Assembly (NCBI GenBank): GCA_951406725.2
Contig: OX597837.1
Span: forward strand, 22,134,001 to 22,198,000
Reading direction: 5' to 3'
Length of the DNA stretch: 64,000 nt
Origin: Octopus vulgaris
Lineage: Eukaryota
Both the position numbers and the translations under genes were made by a program. Within the stretch, counting starts at the first letter, position 1. Every line of letters begins with the position of its first letter. Under the pieces are notes generated by a model, which was not told the DNA's origin, searched no databases, and saw nothing but the letters and a program-made list of their open reading frames with translations. Positions 24,392 to 38,339 of the stretch are shown here, in pieces.

Positions 24392-26590
24392 ATGTGTGTA
24401 TATTTGTATGTCTGTGTTTGCCCCCCCCCCAACATCGCTTGACAACCGATGCTGGTGTGTTTATGTCCCCCGTAACTTAGTGGTTCAGCAAAAGTGACCA
24501 ATAGAATAAGTACTAGGTTTGGTTTACAAAGAATAAGTCCTGGGGTCTATTTGCTTGACTAAAAGCAGTGCTCCAGCATGGCCACAGTCAAATGACTGAA
24601 ACAAGTAGAAAGAAAGAGTAAAAGAGAAAAAGAGTAATGTACTTTAATGTATTTATTGGTTCAATTAAAAATCCTCAAAAAAAAACCCTTCTTAATAGAA
24701 TGTTTACCACTCAAATCAGCTCTATCTTTCACGGTCGTTGCTCAGATCATCAATGATTTGCTAATAAAGTATAGCAGTTCCAAGAGAAAATTTTCTCCTA
24801 CTATTGTCTGATGCTGATGGTAGCTACTGGAAAAACATAGCAAGCTGTGTGCCCTAAGCTCTTCCATGTAACCTATTTCTCCCACCTACTGCACAGCTGT
24901 GCTCTAAAAATAAAGGCCTTCTATCCTTCAATTGATTATCTGATTGCCACCATCAAGGCTGCTGCTGTAGTAAAAAACATGATCAAAAGCAATTCAAAAT
25001 GAAAAAAAGAGGCATTGGAGATGTGATGCATACCCTGCATGCAGAATTTCTTCACAAATTATAGTGTGGCTTATAATGTGTTGTTTACCCATGCTTTTTA
25101 ATTGAACTGAATTATGCTTCGTAAGTGTTTGACAAGTGCTTGATGGGAAATTTGTAAGTTTGATTTAAAGAGAATGTTTTTTTTTTAAGTATCACCATTA
25201 TAGGTATTTATACTCTGGTGAAATTAAGAAATCAACCCCATCACTGTACACACTCACATGCACATGCACACGTGTACACACACACACACACAGAGTCGCA
25301 TATTTATGTATGTTTGAAGATAGTCAAATCAAATTTTCATCATTTCAAGCCACTCATCCAATGAGTATTTCTGCCAAATTTGGTGAAAATCCCTTCGGTC
25401 ATTTTCCAGTGATTTTGCAAACATAGACAAACAGACAGAGACAAGCGTTTACAATACCCTGCTTTTGTTTACGCATGCAGGGTAACAATTGGATACCTGT
25501 TTCAGCCATTTGTGACCAGATGGGGCAGCTGGTTGGATGCCTGTAATTACTATGCTAAGAACCTTGCAGAAGTTACAAAATTTGCAGAGAATTTCAAGTA
25601 TGAAGGCATTTTAGTGCAGAGAGATAAGGACTGTTGTTTGTTTGTTCCTTCTCGAGCCAGGCCTGGCTCATAAGGGCCGGTTTCCCAGTTTCCTTGGTGT
25701 ATAGGTCCCCCACCTGGATGGGACGCCGGTCCGTTGCAAGTCAGCTGCAAGATGCAGGAGGAAAGAGTGAGAGAAAGTTGTGGTGAAAGAGTCAGCAGAA
25801 GTTCGCCATTACCTTCTGCCGGAGCCGCGTGGGGCTTAGGTGTTTCACTCATAAACACACACATTGCCTGGTCTGAGATTCAAACCTACGATCCCTCAAC
25901 CATGAATCCACTGCTCTAACCACTAGGCCATGTGCCTCCACAAAAAAAATAAATGTGCCCTTTGAAAGCCTAGCCAGGCTCATGGGCCTGGTTTCCCATT
26001 TTCTATGGCGTATGTGTTCCCCAGCTGGACGGGACACCAGTCCATCGCAGCGTTACTCATTTTTGCCAGCCGAATGGACTGGAGCAACATGAATAGAAGT
26101 GTTTTGCTCAAGAACACAATGCGTCACCTGGTCCAGGAATCGAAACCACAATCTTACAATCATGATGCTAACACCCTAACCACTAAGCCATGTGCCTCCA
26201 CAGAGATAAGGACTAACCTCATCCAAGTCTGTTTGAACTATCTGCAGTTGAAAGAACTGATTTTGAAAGCTGAGTCAACAACCTTCACCATTTACAATGC
26301 TTACAAAAACCTCAAACAATTGAAATTCAATGAAGACCCATGTTGCACCATGAATTACATTGATTTTAGATCCTATAAAAAACAAATCAATTCAATAATT
26401 CACCTAACGAACCCCAAAGCTTCACTCTCAAAATATGCAGATCTGATACAAAGCAGAGTGACATTAGTTGCTGTGGAATGCTGTTTTTCAATGCTGGAAA
26501 AAATCCTTGCAAAAGACAGGAACCTTTTGCCATCAAATCTAAAGCTTTATATCATATTGTACTGTAGTAAATTTCCACAATGGTTACTTT
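23590..26590 (+). mobile_element. fragmented hAT-like transposase remnant
   Basis: C-terminal VAVECCFSMLEKILAKDRNL resembles the hAT S..VERSFS dimerisation region; split by SINEs. Confidence 0.45.
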
Positions 26591-26760
26591 CAAAAACTGC
26601 GTGGTAAGTAGCTTGCTTACAAACCACATAGTTCCGGGTTCAGTCCCACTCTATGGCACCTTGGGCAAGTGTCTTCTACTATAGCCTTGGGCCAACCAAA
26701 GCCTTGTGAGTGGATTTGGTAGATAGAAACTGAAAGAAGCCCGTCATATATATGTGTATA

Positions 26761-26821
<61 letters not shown>

Positions 26822-26898
26822 TTAGGGAGTATAACTACAAACTTACAGGGAAAAATTCAATTTAGTATTAAATCAAATTTCACAATGTAAATATATAA

Positions 26899-27202
26899 AA
26901 TATAAATTAGAGAAAAAACCCACTATTATGCAATTCAAACAATGATAGACATAAACCAAATCATAAATAAAAAATAAAAAATATATTTTTATAAAACATA
27001 TAACTAGATCACAAAAAGTACAAAAATGAATAAACAATATATATTAAGTAATAAGTAATTATTATATATTGTTTATTCATTTTTGTACTTTTTGTGATCT
27101 AGTTATATGTTTTATAAAAATATATTTTATTTTTTATTTATGATTTGGTTTATGTCTATCATTGTTTGAATTGCATAATAGTGGTTTTTCTCCAATTTAT
27201 AT
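26899..27202. repeat. ~300-bp AT-rich palindrome nested in a SINE microsatellite
   Basis: ~145-bp inverted arms centred near 27052. Confidence 0.85.
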
Positions 27203-27210
27203 TATATATT

Positions 27211-27241
<31 letters not shown>

Positions 27242-27942
27242 ATGTGTGTGTGTATGTGTGTTTGTGTGTCTGTGTTTGTACCCCCAACATCGCTGGTGTG
27301 TTTACGTCCTCAAAACTTAGCAGTTCGGCATAAGAGACTGATAGAATATGTACTAGGCTTACAAAGAATAAGTCCTTGGGTTGATTTGTTCGACTAAAGG
27401 CGATGCTCCAGCATGGCCACAGTCAAATGACTGAAACAAGTAAAAGAGTAAAGAATATAACTTCAAGTAATCAGAACTAGAGTGAACTCCATAATTTATT
27501 AATAATAATAAAGTTGAAAATTAGGTTAAAATCTGTGAATGAAGTTAGAAAATAAGGTTAAAAATGTATGAAAATGAGGTTAAAATCAAGCAATTTTTTA
27601 AGTTAAAAACATTGCCCAAGTAATGAGTCAATAAACTAATTGAGGACAGAAAGATCCAAATATTTGACAACTTGCTAATCACAGAAAGTATGATTTTGGG
27701 TCAACAACAAGTGCCTCCCACCACCACCACCACAACCACCACCATTACTGCTACCATCAGCAATCCTACTCTGCCAACACCCCCACAATCACACCACCAC
27801 TTCATCTACCGTACCCCCCCCATCCCCACTCAGCCACCATCACAGGGTATGTACTCTCTATCTATTATACAAAGGTCAAAAGGATGATAATAATAATGAT
27901 GATGATGATAATGATGATGATGATGATGATGATGATGATAAA

Positions 27943-27995
<53 letters not shown>

Positions 27996-28390
27996 TATTG
28001 TACTGACATGTTTGTGAAGTGGGGTTAAAAAATTCTGGGAAATATTTAAGGGGCTGAAATATCATAATTAGTGAGAGAATGCCAAACACCGTTCTTTGCT
28101 ACTATTACAATTACTATTACTACTGCTGCTGTTACTGCTACTACTACTACTAGTACCACTACTACAACTACTGCTGCTGTTGCTATAATAATAGTAGTAG
28201 TGGTAGTAAAACACTTTTTTTACATATATAGGTGCAGATGTGGCTCTGAGGTAAGAAGTTTGCTTACCAATAACACTGTTCTGGGTTCAGTCTCACTGTG
28301 CGACACCTTGGGCAAATGTCAATTACTACAGCCTCAGACCAACCAAAACCTTGTGAGTGGATTTGGTAGACGGAAACTGAAAGAAGTCCA

Positions 28391-28456
<66 letters not shown>

Positions 28457-29738
28457 TTCGATTCAAATGAATATGGTACTTAATTTAGATGCACCAGAAT
28501 TTTTATGGTGTTACCCATAAAAATATGCGGGGTGATATTAATCAGAAATAAGCAACAAGAATGGATCCGGTAATTTAGTACAATTGTTTCATACTACAAC
28601 ATTTTATTAAAAGCTGTAAATATTACAGCAGATTTAAGATGTTGAGTAATCTTCAGCTAATTTATATAGGTTTTCCAATAATATAAAAGTTTTCAAATCA
28701 AGTAATAACATATGTGTATATATATATATATATATATATCATCATCATCATCATCATTATCGTTTAACGTCTGCTTTCCATGCTAGCATGGGTTGGACGG
28801 TTTGACTGAGGAACAAATGGTTGTTGTTGTTGTTGTTGTTAAGCAACAAGACGGGTAAGGATGATTAGGTGATGGTCTAGGGCTCAAGGGCGGGAGACCC
28901 CACCTTGGGAAAAAAAAAATTTGGTCGTCTTATTGTTGTCGAGGGCTCTTCGTTGACGCCTGACACCACTGGGAGGTGGCCCTCAAAGTCGCTGGAAATG
29001 GAGATCTCCAGGTCCAAATTCTTGAACAGCAGGACCAGATGGTGAACCAAATGGCTGCACCAGGCTCCAATTTGATTTGGCAGAGTTTCTACAGCTGAAT
29101 GCCCTTCCTAATGCCAACCAATCTGAGATTGTAGTGGGTGCTTTTACGTGCCACCAGCACAAGAGCCAGTCAGGCTGTACTGGCAATGGCCACACTCAAA
29201 TGGTGTTTTTTATGTGCCACCTGCTCAGGAGCCAGTTCAGTGGCACTGGCAATGACCTCACTCGAATGTTTTTTCATGTGCCAGTAAGGCAACGCTGGTA
29301 ACAATCACGCTCAAATGGTGCTTTTTACGTGCCACCAGCACAGAAACCAGTCAGCTGCTGTAAAGTGGTTGGCATTTGGAAGTGCACCCAGCTATAGAAA
29401 ACTATATGAAAACTGACCTCACCTGCGCTGGTGCCACTTAAAAAGCACTCAGTCTACTCTACAGGGTGTTTGGTGTTAGGACGGGCATCCAGCTGTAAAA
29501 ACCATACCAAAATAGACAGCAAAACATGATGCAGCCTTCTGTCTAGCCAACTACTGTCAAACCATCCAACTCATATCAGCATAGAAAGGGAATGTTAAAT
29601 GGTGATGATGATGAGGATATATATACATATATATATATAGGTGCAAGCATGGCTGTGTGGTAAGATGCTTGCTTTCCTACCACATAGTTCTGGGGCGAAC
29701 CAAAGCCTTGAGAGTGCACAGAAACTGAAAGGAGCCTG

Positions 29739-29787
<49 letters not shown>

Positions 29788-29955
29788 GGTCCCGGGTTGA
29801 GTCAGGGTTAACCACAGTAAATAAGGTACTCAATACATGGCAGAGTAAATTAATTTATTTTATAGAAGGATCTTCTACAGGACTAGAACTGTTTCATTCC
29901 TGATGATTTCATTTGAATGAAACAGTTCTAGTCCTGTAGAAGCTCCTTCTATAAA

Positions 29956-29960
<5 letters not shown>
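29788..29960. mobile_element. Penelope-like terminus with inverted duplication and an HHR core at 29900
   Basis: CTGATGA...GAAACAG...CTGTAGAAGCT; same family as 31790. Confidence 0.7.
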
Positions 29961-30005
<45 letters not shown>

Positions 30006-30010
<5 letters not shown>

Positions 30011-30350
30011 TATATGCATACATATATGTACATACCTACATATATATGTATATATACATGCATATATGGGTACAGGACATAAAAAAAAAAACGTTGAACA
30101 CAATAAGAAACGAAAACATAAAACCCAAAATATAGAAACAGACTTTTTTTCAAACAACGAAAAAAACAGAGTACAAGACATACAACACAAGGAATATTCC
30201 CCTTCTTCAGTTCGTTTCTATGTTTTTGTTTTTATGTTTTCACTTCTCATTGTGTTCAACGTTTTTTTGATGTCCTGTATCCATATATGCATGTATATAT
30301 ACATATATATGTAGGTATGTACATATATGCATATATATATGCATATATTT
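30006..30350. repeat. inverted repeat in (TA)n
   Basis: acaggacat...aacgttgaacacaat pairs with attgtgttcaacgtt...atgtcctgt. Confidence 0.75.
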
Positions 30351-30427
30351 ATATATTATTTATATTATTATATGATCGAATGCCATGCATCCATTTCCAA
30401 GTAAGTTTTATATATATATATATGTAA

Positions 30428-30465
<38 letters not shown>

Positions 30466-31271
30466 ATGTGTGTGTGTGTGTATGTATGTGTGTGTGTGTG
30501 TGCGTGTGTTTGTGTGTGTGTGGGTGTGTGCTTTTGTGTCTGTGTTTGTTCCCCCACCATTGCTTGACAATTGATGTTGGTGTGTGTATGTCCCCATAAC
30601 TTAGTGGTTTGGCAAAAGAGACTGATGGAATAATTACTAGGCTTCCAAAAAATAAGTCTTGGGTTCAATTTCTTTGACTAAAATCCTTTAAGGTGGTGCT
30701 CCAGCATGACCACAATCAAATGACTGAAACAAATAAAAAAATAAAAGAATATATTTGTCCCATGTCCTCGGTAAGACTCTAAACTCCATCCAGTAGTGGG
30801 GCCCAGGTATGGTTATTGCAAGGTTTTGAGGAGTGTGGAACTACTTCTTAACAATTATTCTGACCTGGAGTAGTAGCACCTGTTAGGTTCCCAGCTATGG
30901 GTTAACTGGTATGTGAACCACTGAGCCACTGGGAGTGCAGGATCCCTTGTCTGCGTTTGAACTTCCAGCTAGGAGATGGTAAAAACGTATAAATAAAGAA
31001 ACCTTTTTGCTTCCCTGTTTTCGTAGCTGGTTTCATGGTAAAGTGTGTTCAGTGTTGTGCAACACTTTACACATGCAAAATAAATTCATGCACAGGAACT
31101 TCTTGGACTCTTGGAACATTTGCATGCATTTACTGAGTTTAGGAAGTGGTCTTACTTGGTCAGGATTTGGCTTCCATCAACTATTCATCCATCCATCTAT
31201 CTATCTATCTATCTATCTCTCTATCTATCTATCCTTCCATCTATCTATCACTTCCTCTCTCTCTCCCTCTC

Positions 31272-31341
<70 letters not shown>

Positions 31342-31789
31342 AGAGATGTGCTGTCCAGGTAGGTAAGGTAGGCAGTGCCTACCTTGGATAAAATAGATTG
31401 ATAAGCAATATTTTCCTTTTATGGCAAAATATGTACCTAATTCAATAAAATCATGAAAGTTACTCTGATTATTATGTACAAAATGCAAAATATTTTATTT
31501 CTTTATAGATTAGATAGGCATAAGTCATCCTGGTTTTTCAATCTCAGTATCTAAGCTACACATAATACTGCTGTAGTACACGTGCTTCGTACATTCCTAC
31601 AACGTTTTCTTTACGCGCTATAAAGGCAGAAGTAAATCTGCCTACAACTCAGTCATGCGTCTGCGTTTTGCTTGTTTATTTGTGTGTTTTACTACATAAA
31701 GGTCACCAACTGTCTACCCTAAATAATTACTGATGGCACGTGCCTCATATATATGCATACATGCATACATATATATATATATATATTTT

Positions 31790-32019
31790 ATTTTATAGAA
31801 GGAGCTTCTACAGGACTAGAACTGTTTCATTCAGATGAAATCTTCAGGAAGCTGGCTGTCAATATAAGGGTCCCTTATATTGACAGCCAGCTTCCTGAAG
31901 ATTTCATCTGAATGAAACAGTTCTAGTCCTGTAGAAGCTCCTTCTATAAAATAAATTACTTTACTCTGCTATGTATTGAGTACCTTATTTACTGTGGTTA
32001 ACCCCGACTCAACCCGGGA

Positions 32020-32022
<3 letters not shown>
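31790..32022. mobile_element. Penelope-like terminus with inverted duplication in (TA)n
   Basis: ~80-bp perfect inverted arms around 31871; related copy at 29788-29960. Confidence 0.7.
31889..31939 (+). ncRNA. type I hammerhead ribozyme motif (mirror copy at 31803-31853 on the minus strand)
   Basis: AGCTTC-CTGAAGA-TTTCATCTGAAT-GAAACAG-TTCTAGTC-CTGTA-GAAGCT. Stems I and III pair perfectly; GUA cleavage triplet. Confidence 0.75.
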
Positions 32023-32057
<35 letters not shown>

Positions 32058-32517
32058 CATATGTGTGTGTGTAGTTCAAATTTACAAGAAACAAAAGACA
32101 AACACAGGTGAAAGAAGAACAAGCAGGTGTATTTGTTTAACACTTGGGAAGAATGGAAAAGTCTTCAACAGAGAGAATGGAAAAAAACGGAAAGAGAAAA
32201 AAAATATGTAGGGATTAATGGTTCAACATGATGAAATGGTTAAAAGAAAGAGGCTGAGTGCAAGTGAGATAATAACTGTGACCTAGCTGAACTAGGGTAC
32301 ACAAGCACCTGTGAGTATGCGAGAATTGTGTGTGTGTGTGTGTGTGTGAATTGGAACAAGTGCATGTGAATAAGTGTGGGCAAGCTTGGAATTATGTGAG
32401 CCTCTGTGTGTGTGCATGCAAATGCATGTACCTGCATGTGTATATGGGAGCGTATGTATGTATGTGTACAAGTAACCTATATATACATATATACATATAA
32501 ATATATATATACATGTA

Positions 32518-32562
<45 letters not shown>

Positions 32563-32896
32563 TGAGACCCCCTTCGGTCATGACTGACCATGGGATTGCA
32601 CCAAGAAAGTTACCCTCCCAGGCACAAGTCAGGACAAGGTTGTTTATGGAAGACCAGCAGTCGCCCATGCATACCAGCCTCCCGTCTCCACGCCACTGAT
32701 ATTATCCAAGGGAAAGGCAAAGGCCGATACAGCTTGGCACCCGTGACGTCGCAACTCATTTCTACAGCTGAGTGAACTGGAGCAATGTGAAATAAAGTGT
32801 CTTGCTCAAGAACACAACACACAGCCCGGTCCAGGATTTGAACTCGCAACCTCACGATTGTAAGCTCGACGCTCTATCCACTGAGACATGCGGTGT

Positions 32897-32924
<28 letters not shown>

Positions 32925-32929
<5 letters not shown>

Positions 32930-33680
32930 CATAAGGGACTAAAGCCATCTGAATATGGCTAGGGACAGGGCAGGGTGGTGGGGGTGTTACTGTTGCATTT
33001 AGCCCCAGGCGAACATCGACGTCACCAGATAGGCTTGACACCATCACGGTGTCCTTTAACCTGCAAAGGGAGATAATTCCCCGATGAAGCAGAAACCACA
33101 CACGGACCATGGTTTCAAGGTGTATTGCCTATCATCAACGTGTGGTAGGCTCCCGCTTCCTCGACGAAATCTCACTCTGCAGGATATTCATATATAGATT
33201 TTCAAGCAACAGTAACACCCCCACCACCCTGCCCTGTCCCTAGCCATATTCAGATGGCTTTAGTCCCTTATGTTATGGAGCAGTTACTGTCTATATCTCA
33301 TTTAGAGAATTATTATTGCTGTCGAACAGATTTTCGAAATCAGCAAATGTATTTTGCTTGAAAATCTATATATGAATATCCTGCAGAGTGAGATTTCGTC
33401 GAGGAAGCGGGAGCCTACCACACGTTGATGATAGGCAATACACCTTGAAACCATGGTCCGTGTGTGGTTTCCGCTTCATCGGGGAATTATCCCCCTTTGC
33501 AGGTTAAAGGACACCGTGATGGTGTCAAGCCTATCTAGCGACATCGATGTTCGCCTGGGGCTAAATGCAACAGTAACACCCCCACCACCCTGCCCTGTCC
33601 CTAGCCATATTCAGTTGGCTTTAGTCCCTTATGTTATGGAGCAGTTACTGTCTATATCTCATTTAGAGAATTATTATTGC
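32925..33680. mobile_element. Penelope-like element: partial tandem (~114-bp direct repeats) plus inverted segment
   Basis: 33207-33320 duplicates 33568-33680; 32925-33208 is the inverse of ~33355-33637. Confidence 0.65.
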
Positions 33681-34095
<415 letters not shown>

Positions 34096-34664
34096 TTTGT
34101 TTGTCTAAGAGAAGAACAGTTTACCCGCATCTGAGTGTATCCAAGTGTGTTAAATATGACTGTACAATACAAATATATTTCTTTCAACACAGCTTCATGT
34201 GATACTCATTATGTCACGAAACAGTAATTATGGAAATTAGGTCTCAAACACGTTCGGAATAATTTTAGGTCAAACACTGTAACAAGGCATGGCTGAGTGG
34301 TAAGAAGCTTGCCTCCCAATCACATGGTTCTGGTTCAGTCCCACAGCATGGCACTTTGGGCAAGTGTCTTCTACTATAGTCTCAGGCTGACCAAGGCCTT
34401 GTGAGTGGATTTAGTAGGTGGAAACTGAAACAAGCCCTTTGTGCCTTCATTATTTTATATATATTCTTTTATTTGTTTCAGTCATTTGACTGTGGCCATG
34501 CTGGAGCACTGCTTTTAGTCGGACACGTCGACCCCAGGACTTATTCTTTGTAAGCCTTGTACTTATTCTATTGGTCTCTTTTGCTGAACAGCTAAGTTAT
34601 GTGGACATAAACACCAACATTGGCTGTCAAGCAATGGTGGGGGGACAAACACAGATACACAAAT

Positions 34665-34699
<35 letters not shown>

Positions 34700-35728
34700 C
34701 GACAGGCTTCTTTCAGTTTCCATCTACCAAATCTACTCACAAGGCTTTGATCAGTCTTAGGCTATAGAAGACACTTACTCAAGGTGCCATGCAATGGGAC
34801 TGAACCTGGAACCACTATCTCTATGAGGTAATATTCATATCACTTAAATGTGGATGTTCTCTTAGAACAAACTATACTGCAATAGATACCATGAGAAATA
34901 CTCTCATATTGGTGTTTGGTGCTGGGGAGATAACTCTCCAAGAACTTCACTGCCAAGACAACCAAATCATGTGATTTTGACCTTCCTTGGTCTTGTCAAA
35001 GAAGGATGCTCAACCACAAGGGATAGTAGAGAATCATCTCCCTGCCAGCGATATACAGAATAACAGTGCCAGCAGATTCCCACTAGCGATGTAAACAAAA
35101 ATGCACTCGTGTCAGTTTTATGTGCATGCACCCATGCTGGCATGGGTTGGCCAGTGTGGCATGAGCTGGTTAGCTGGAGAGCTGCACCAGGTTCCAATCT
35201 GTTTTGACATGGTTTCTACAGCTGGATGCTCTTCCTAATGCCAACCACCGTACAGAGTGTGCTGAGTGCATTGTACATGCTACCAGCATGGGTGCATGCA
35301 CATAAAACTGACACCAGCATAAATGCATTTTATATAGCAGTCACAAGTGCATTTTACATGGCACTAGCATGAGTGCATATTATGTGGCACCAACATGTGC
35401 AGTGTTTTCATAATAGGGGTGAGAGAGGGGAATGTTGGGTTGACCTTCTGAGAATCCAGTATCTGCGTATCTGGGATGAGTAGTTTTCTGAACTGGCACA
35501 CGAGAAATTTTGACATTTAGTTTCAGGGTGTTTTCCTTTGGTGTTTGGTTGGTTAATAGAAATTTGATTAATCAAAGCTGAATGGGGTGTAGAAGTACAT
35601 AATGCCAGCTATGATTGAACTCTTTGTTGCTGTGAACCCTCACTTCCACCGACAATGAAGCCATTGTGAAAACCTTAATTCAAATGCAAGCACTCAGTTA
35701 TTTTACAGAGAAAAAAAAAAGTACTAAC

Positions 35729-35848
35729 AAATTTTGTTTCTTTTCTTGGAATCCGGGCATCAATTATTCCAACAACTCCATATGACTTTTTGTTTCTGTC
35801 TTCAAATAAAGTCTTTCCTGGTTCATATGTTCCTGGTCCTGGAATATT
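35729..35848 (-). CDS. CIMAP2: coding exon 5 (NIPGPGTYEPGKTLFEDRNKKSYGVVGIIDARIPRKETKF)
   Basis: Acceptor tttccag, donor gttagt, 120 nt, PGPGTY repeat. Confidence 0.9.
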
Positions 35849-36031
35849 CTGGAAATATATAAACAAACAAACAAACAAACAAATAAATCAAGAAAGAAAG
35901 AAAGTAAAATAGTGTACATTTAAACACAAGAGAAAAATACCCTTAACAGATAATTTTTACATGCTAGAAGAAGCAGTCAAAACGACCAAAACCACATTAA
36001 AGGGCAATTTATATATATGTGTGTGTGTGTG

Positions 36032-36065
<34 letters not shown>

Positions 36066-37289
36066 GATATGTGTATGAGTACGTAAATACACACATGTTT
36101 GTGTGTATATGGGCATGTATATATACGTTTGTGTGAGTGTGTACATATGTAGACATTATGAATGCAGGCAGTTTCTATGTATTATGAGAATATGGTTGCA
36201 TGTATTTTTTATCTTTTATATTTTTTTCCTACCTATTAGAGTAACTTCCCTTTTATTCAAAGGTTTTTTTTATAGTGTCTATTGTCATAATATGCAATGA
36301 GAATGCATCATAGCTCTTAGCTCCAGCATTTGAAACTCTTGAGTTCTATTATGACAACTTACTGATTGTCCTAGACTATACATATGTACATACATACATA
36401 CATACACACATACATATATATATATAAGCTATATTAAATCTCTGAGTGAGATGTAAACAGTAGCAATATGGAATTGTAACATATAATTGCCAACCAAGTG
36501 TGGCGTCCTATACAGGACAGTGCTACTGGCATTTATAGCCTCAGGAAGACAGCTCCTCCAGCAGGCTAACAACACACAATGTGTCTGATTAGTATTTGTG
36601 AGGGGAGGTTGTTGCTCCCATCCCTAGCCTTACGTGATATCCGTCATATATATGTGTATATATATACAAATAAGAAAATGGAGGAATAGATTCATTTCAA
36701 TCATCGGCTTACAGATATTACCAATTCATATTATTTATTAACTACATAAATAGGAACATCCAAATCCAACAAAACAAAACAATATACATCAATATGTAAG
36801 ATAATAATACCATAAGAATAATACACATAAAATGGATCATACAGCTGTTTCAGCTTGTAGATAAAGTTATCTCATTCTGCCTATATTAGTCAGATGTATT
36901 GAAGTAATATGCAGTTAAAAATGAGTTACTTATATATATATCTCAAGGCCTCGTCAGAGATTATAAAGTACAATTGTGTGTGTGTGTACATCCTTGTCTC
37001 TGTTAACTCAGTCACTTGATGAATACAGACTGTTAATCTCAGCCTGATGATTAGTTATATTGTGCACAGCTAGTTGCATAACTATTACATTAAAAGCTTC
37101 AGCTAGATAAGAAACATATGTAGTGTACATTTTACCCGACATAAGTTCTGGAATCAATATACTTAAATTTAAAAAAAGAGAGACAAGGAGAAAGCAAAGA
37201 CATATACATTAGGTGCCAGGTCCTTTATGTCACAACCATCATCATAATGTCTTCTTGTGTCATAGGATCAATATAATACTAAATCTTAC

Positions 37290-37412
37290 CTGTGTTGATG
37301 ATTTGAATCTAATATCACTGGAATGACATATACCACGGACACTGGTTGGTTTTGCTGCCAAAATGTTAATAAAATCTTTTGGATTGTAAGCGCCAGGTCC
37401 TCTGCTTCGTTC
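37290..37412 (-). CDS. CIMAP2: coding exon 4 (ERSRGPGAYNPKDFINILAAKPTSVRGICHSSDIRFKSSTQ)
   Basis: Acceptor tctcatag, donor gtaaga, 123 nt. Matches the GPGSYNLKDF...KP.S.RG...RF block of LEXM. Confidence 0.93.
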
Positions 37413-38001
37413 CTATGAGAAATGTAAGAAGAAAATCCATTTTTAGAGGAATATTGGAATAGTTATCACTACTTAATAATGGAAGGAAAAAAGGGTCCAC
37501 AATATCTTTGTTAATTCTTTTACTCGTTTCAGCCATTTAACAGCAGCCATGATGGGGCAACCACCTTGAGGAATGTTTAGTGGAATGAATCGATGCCACT
37601 ACTTATTTATTTTAAGTCTGGCAACTTACACTATCTGTCTCTTTTACGGAACCTGAACCTTTTACGGGGCAAAGTTGACCTTCGCAGAACTTGAGCACAG
37701 AAAGTAGAAAGTAGAAAGTAGAACAAATAGAGCAAAACGTTACGTTTAATGCTCCATTGATTCTGCCAAACACACTATCTTGGGCCACACACACACACAC
37801 ACACACAGATGACACAGTGCTATATATTTTGTACTAGGGCTAGGGCAGAGTAGCTGGCACTCCAGCTGCTCAAACAACAAACTCAGAAAATAAACACTTT
37901 ATGTTGTTGAACATGGTGTGAAGATGGTGATGACGATGACAACGATGGCTGATGATAGCAATGATGACAAGGATATCTCTGCCACCAACTGCTACTACAG
38001 T

Positions 38002-38333
38002 TATTTCTTTACTACCCACAAGGGGCTAAACACTTAATTTATCGACCCCAAAAGGATGAAAGGCAAAGTCGACCTCAGAACATAATGGCAGATGAAATAC
38101 CTATTTCTTTACTACCCACAAGGGGCTAAACACTGAGGGGACAAACAAGGACAGACAAACGGATTAAGTCGATTACATCAACCCCAGTGCGTAACTGGTA
38201 CTTAATTTATCAACCCCGAAAGGATGAAAAGCAAAGTCGACCTCGGCGGAATTTGAACTCAGAATGTAACGGCAGACGAAATACGGCTACGCATTTAGCC
38301 CGGCATGCTAACGTTTCTGCCAACTCGCCACCC
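38002..38333 (-). mobile_element. SINE family B dimer; monomers near 39, 968, 4675, 10350, 15661, 17640, 48870 and 53130
   Basis: 7-bp TSD ctacagt. Confidence 0.8.
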
Positions 38334-38339
38334 CTACAG

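Noticed and set aside
26005-26607. 200-aa host gene ORF
   Set aside because: Chance fusion of a SINE with a transposase remnant.
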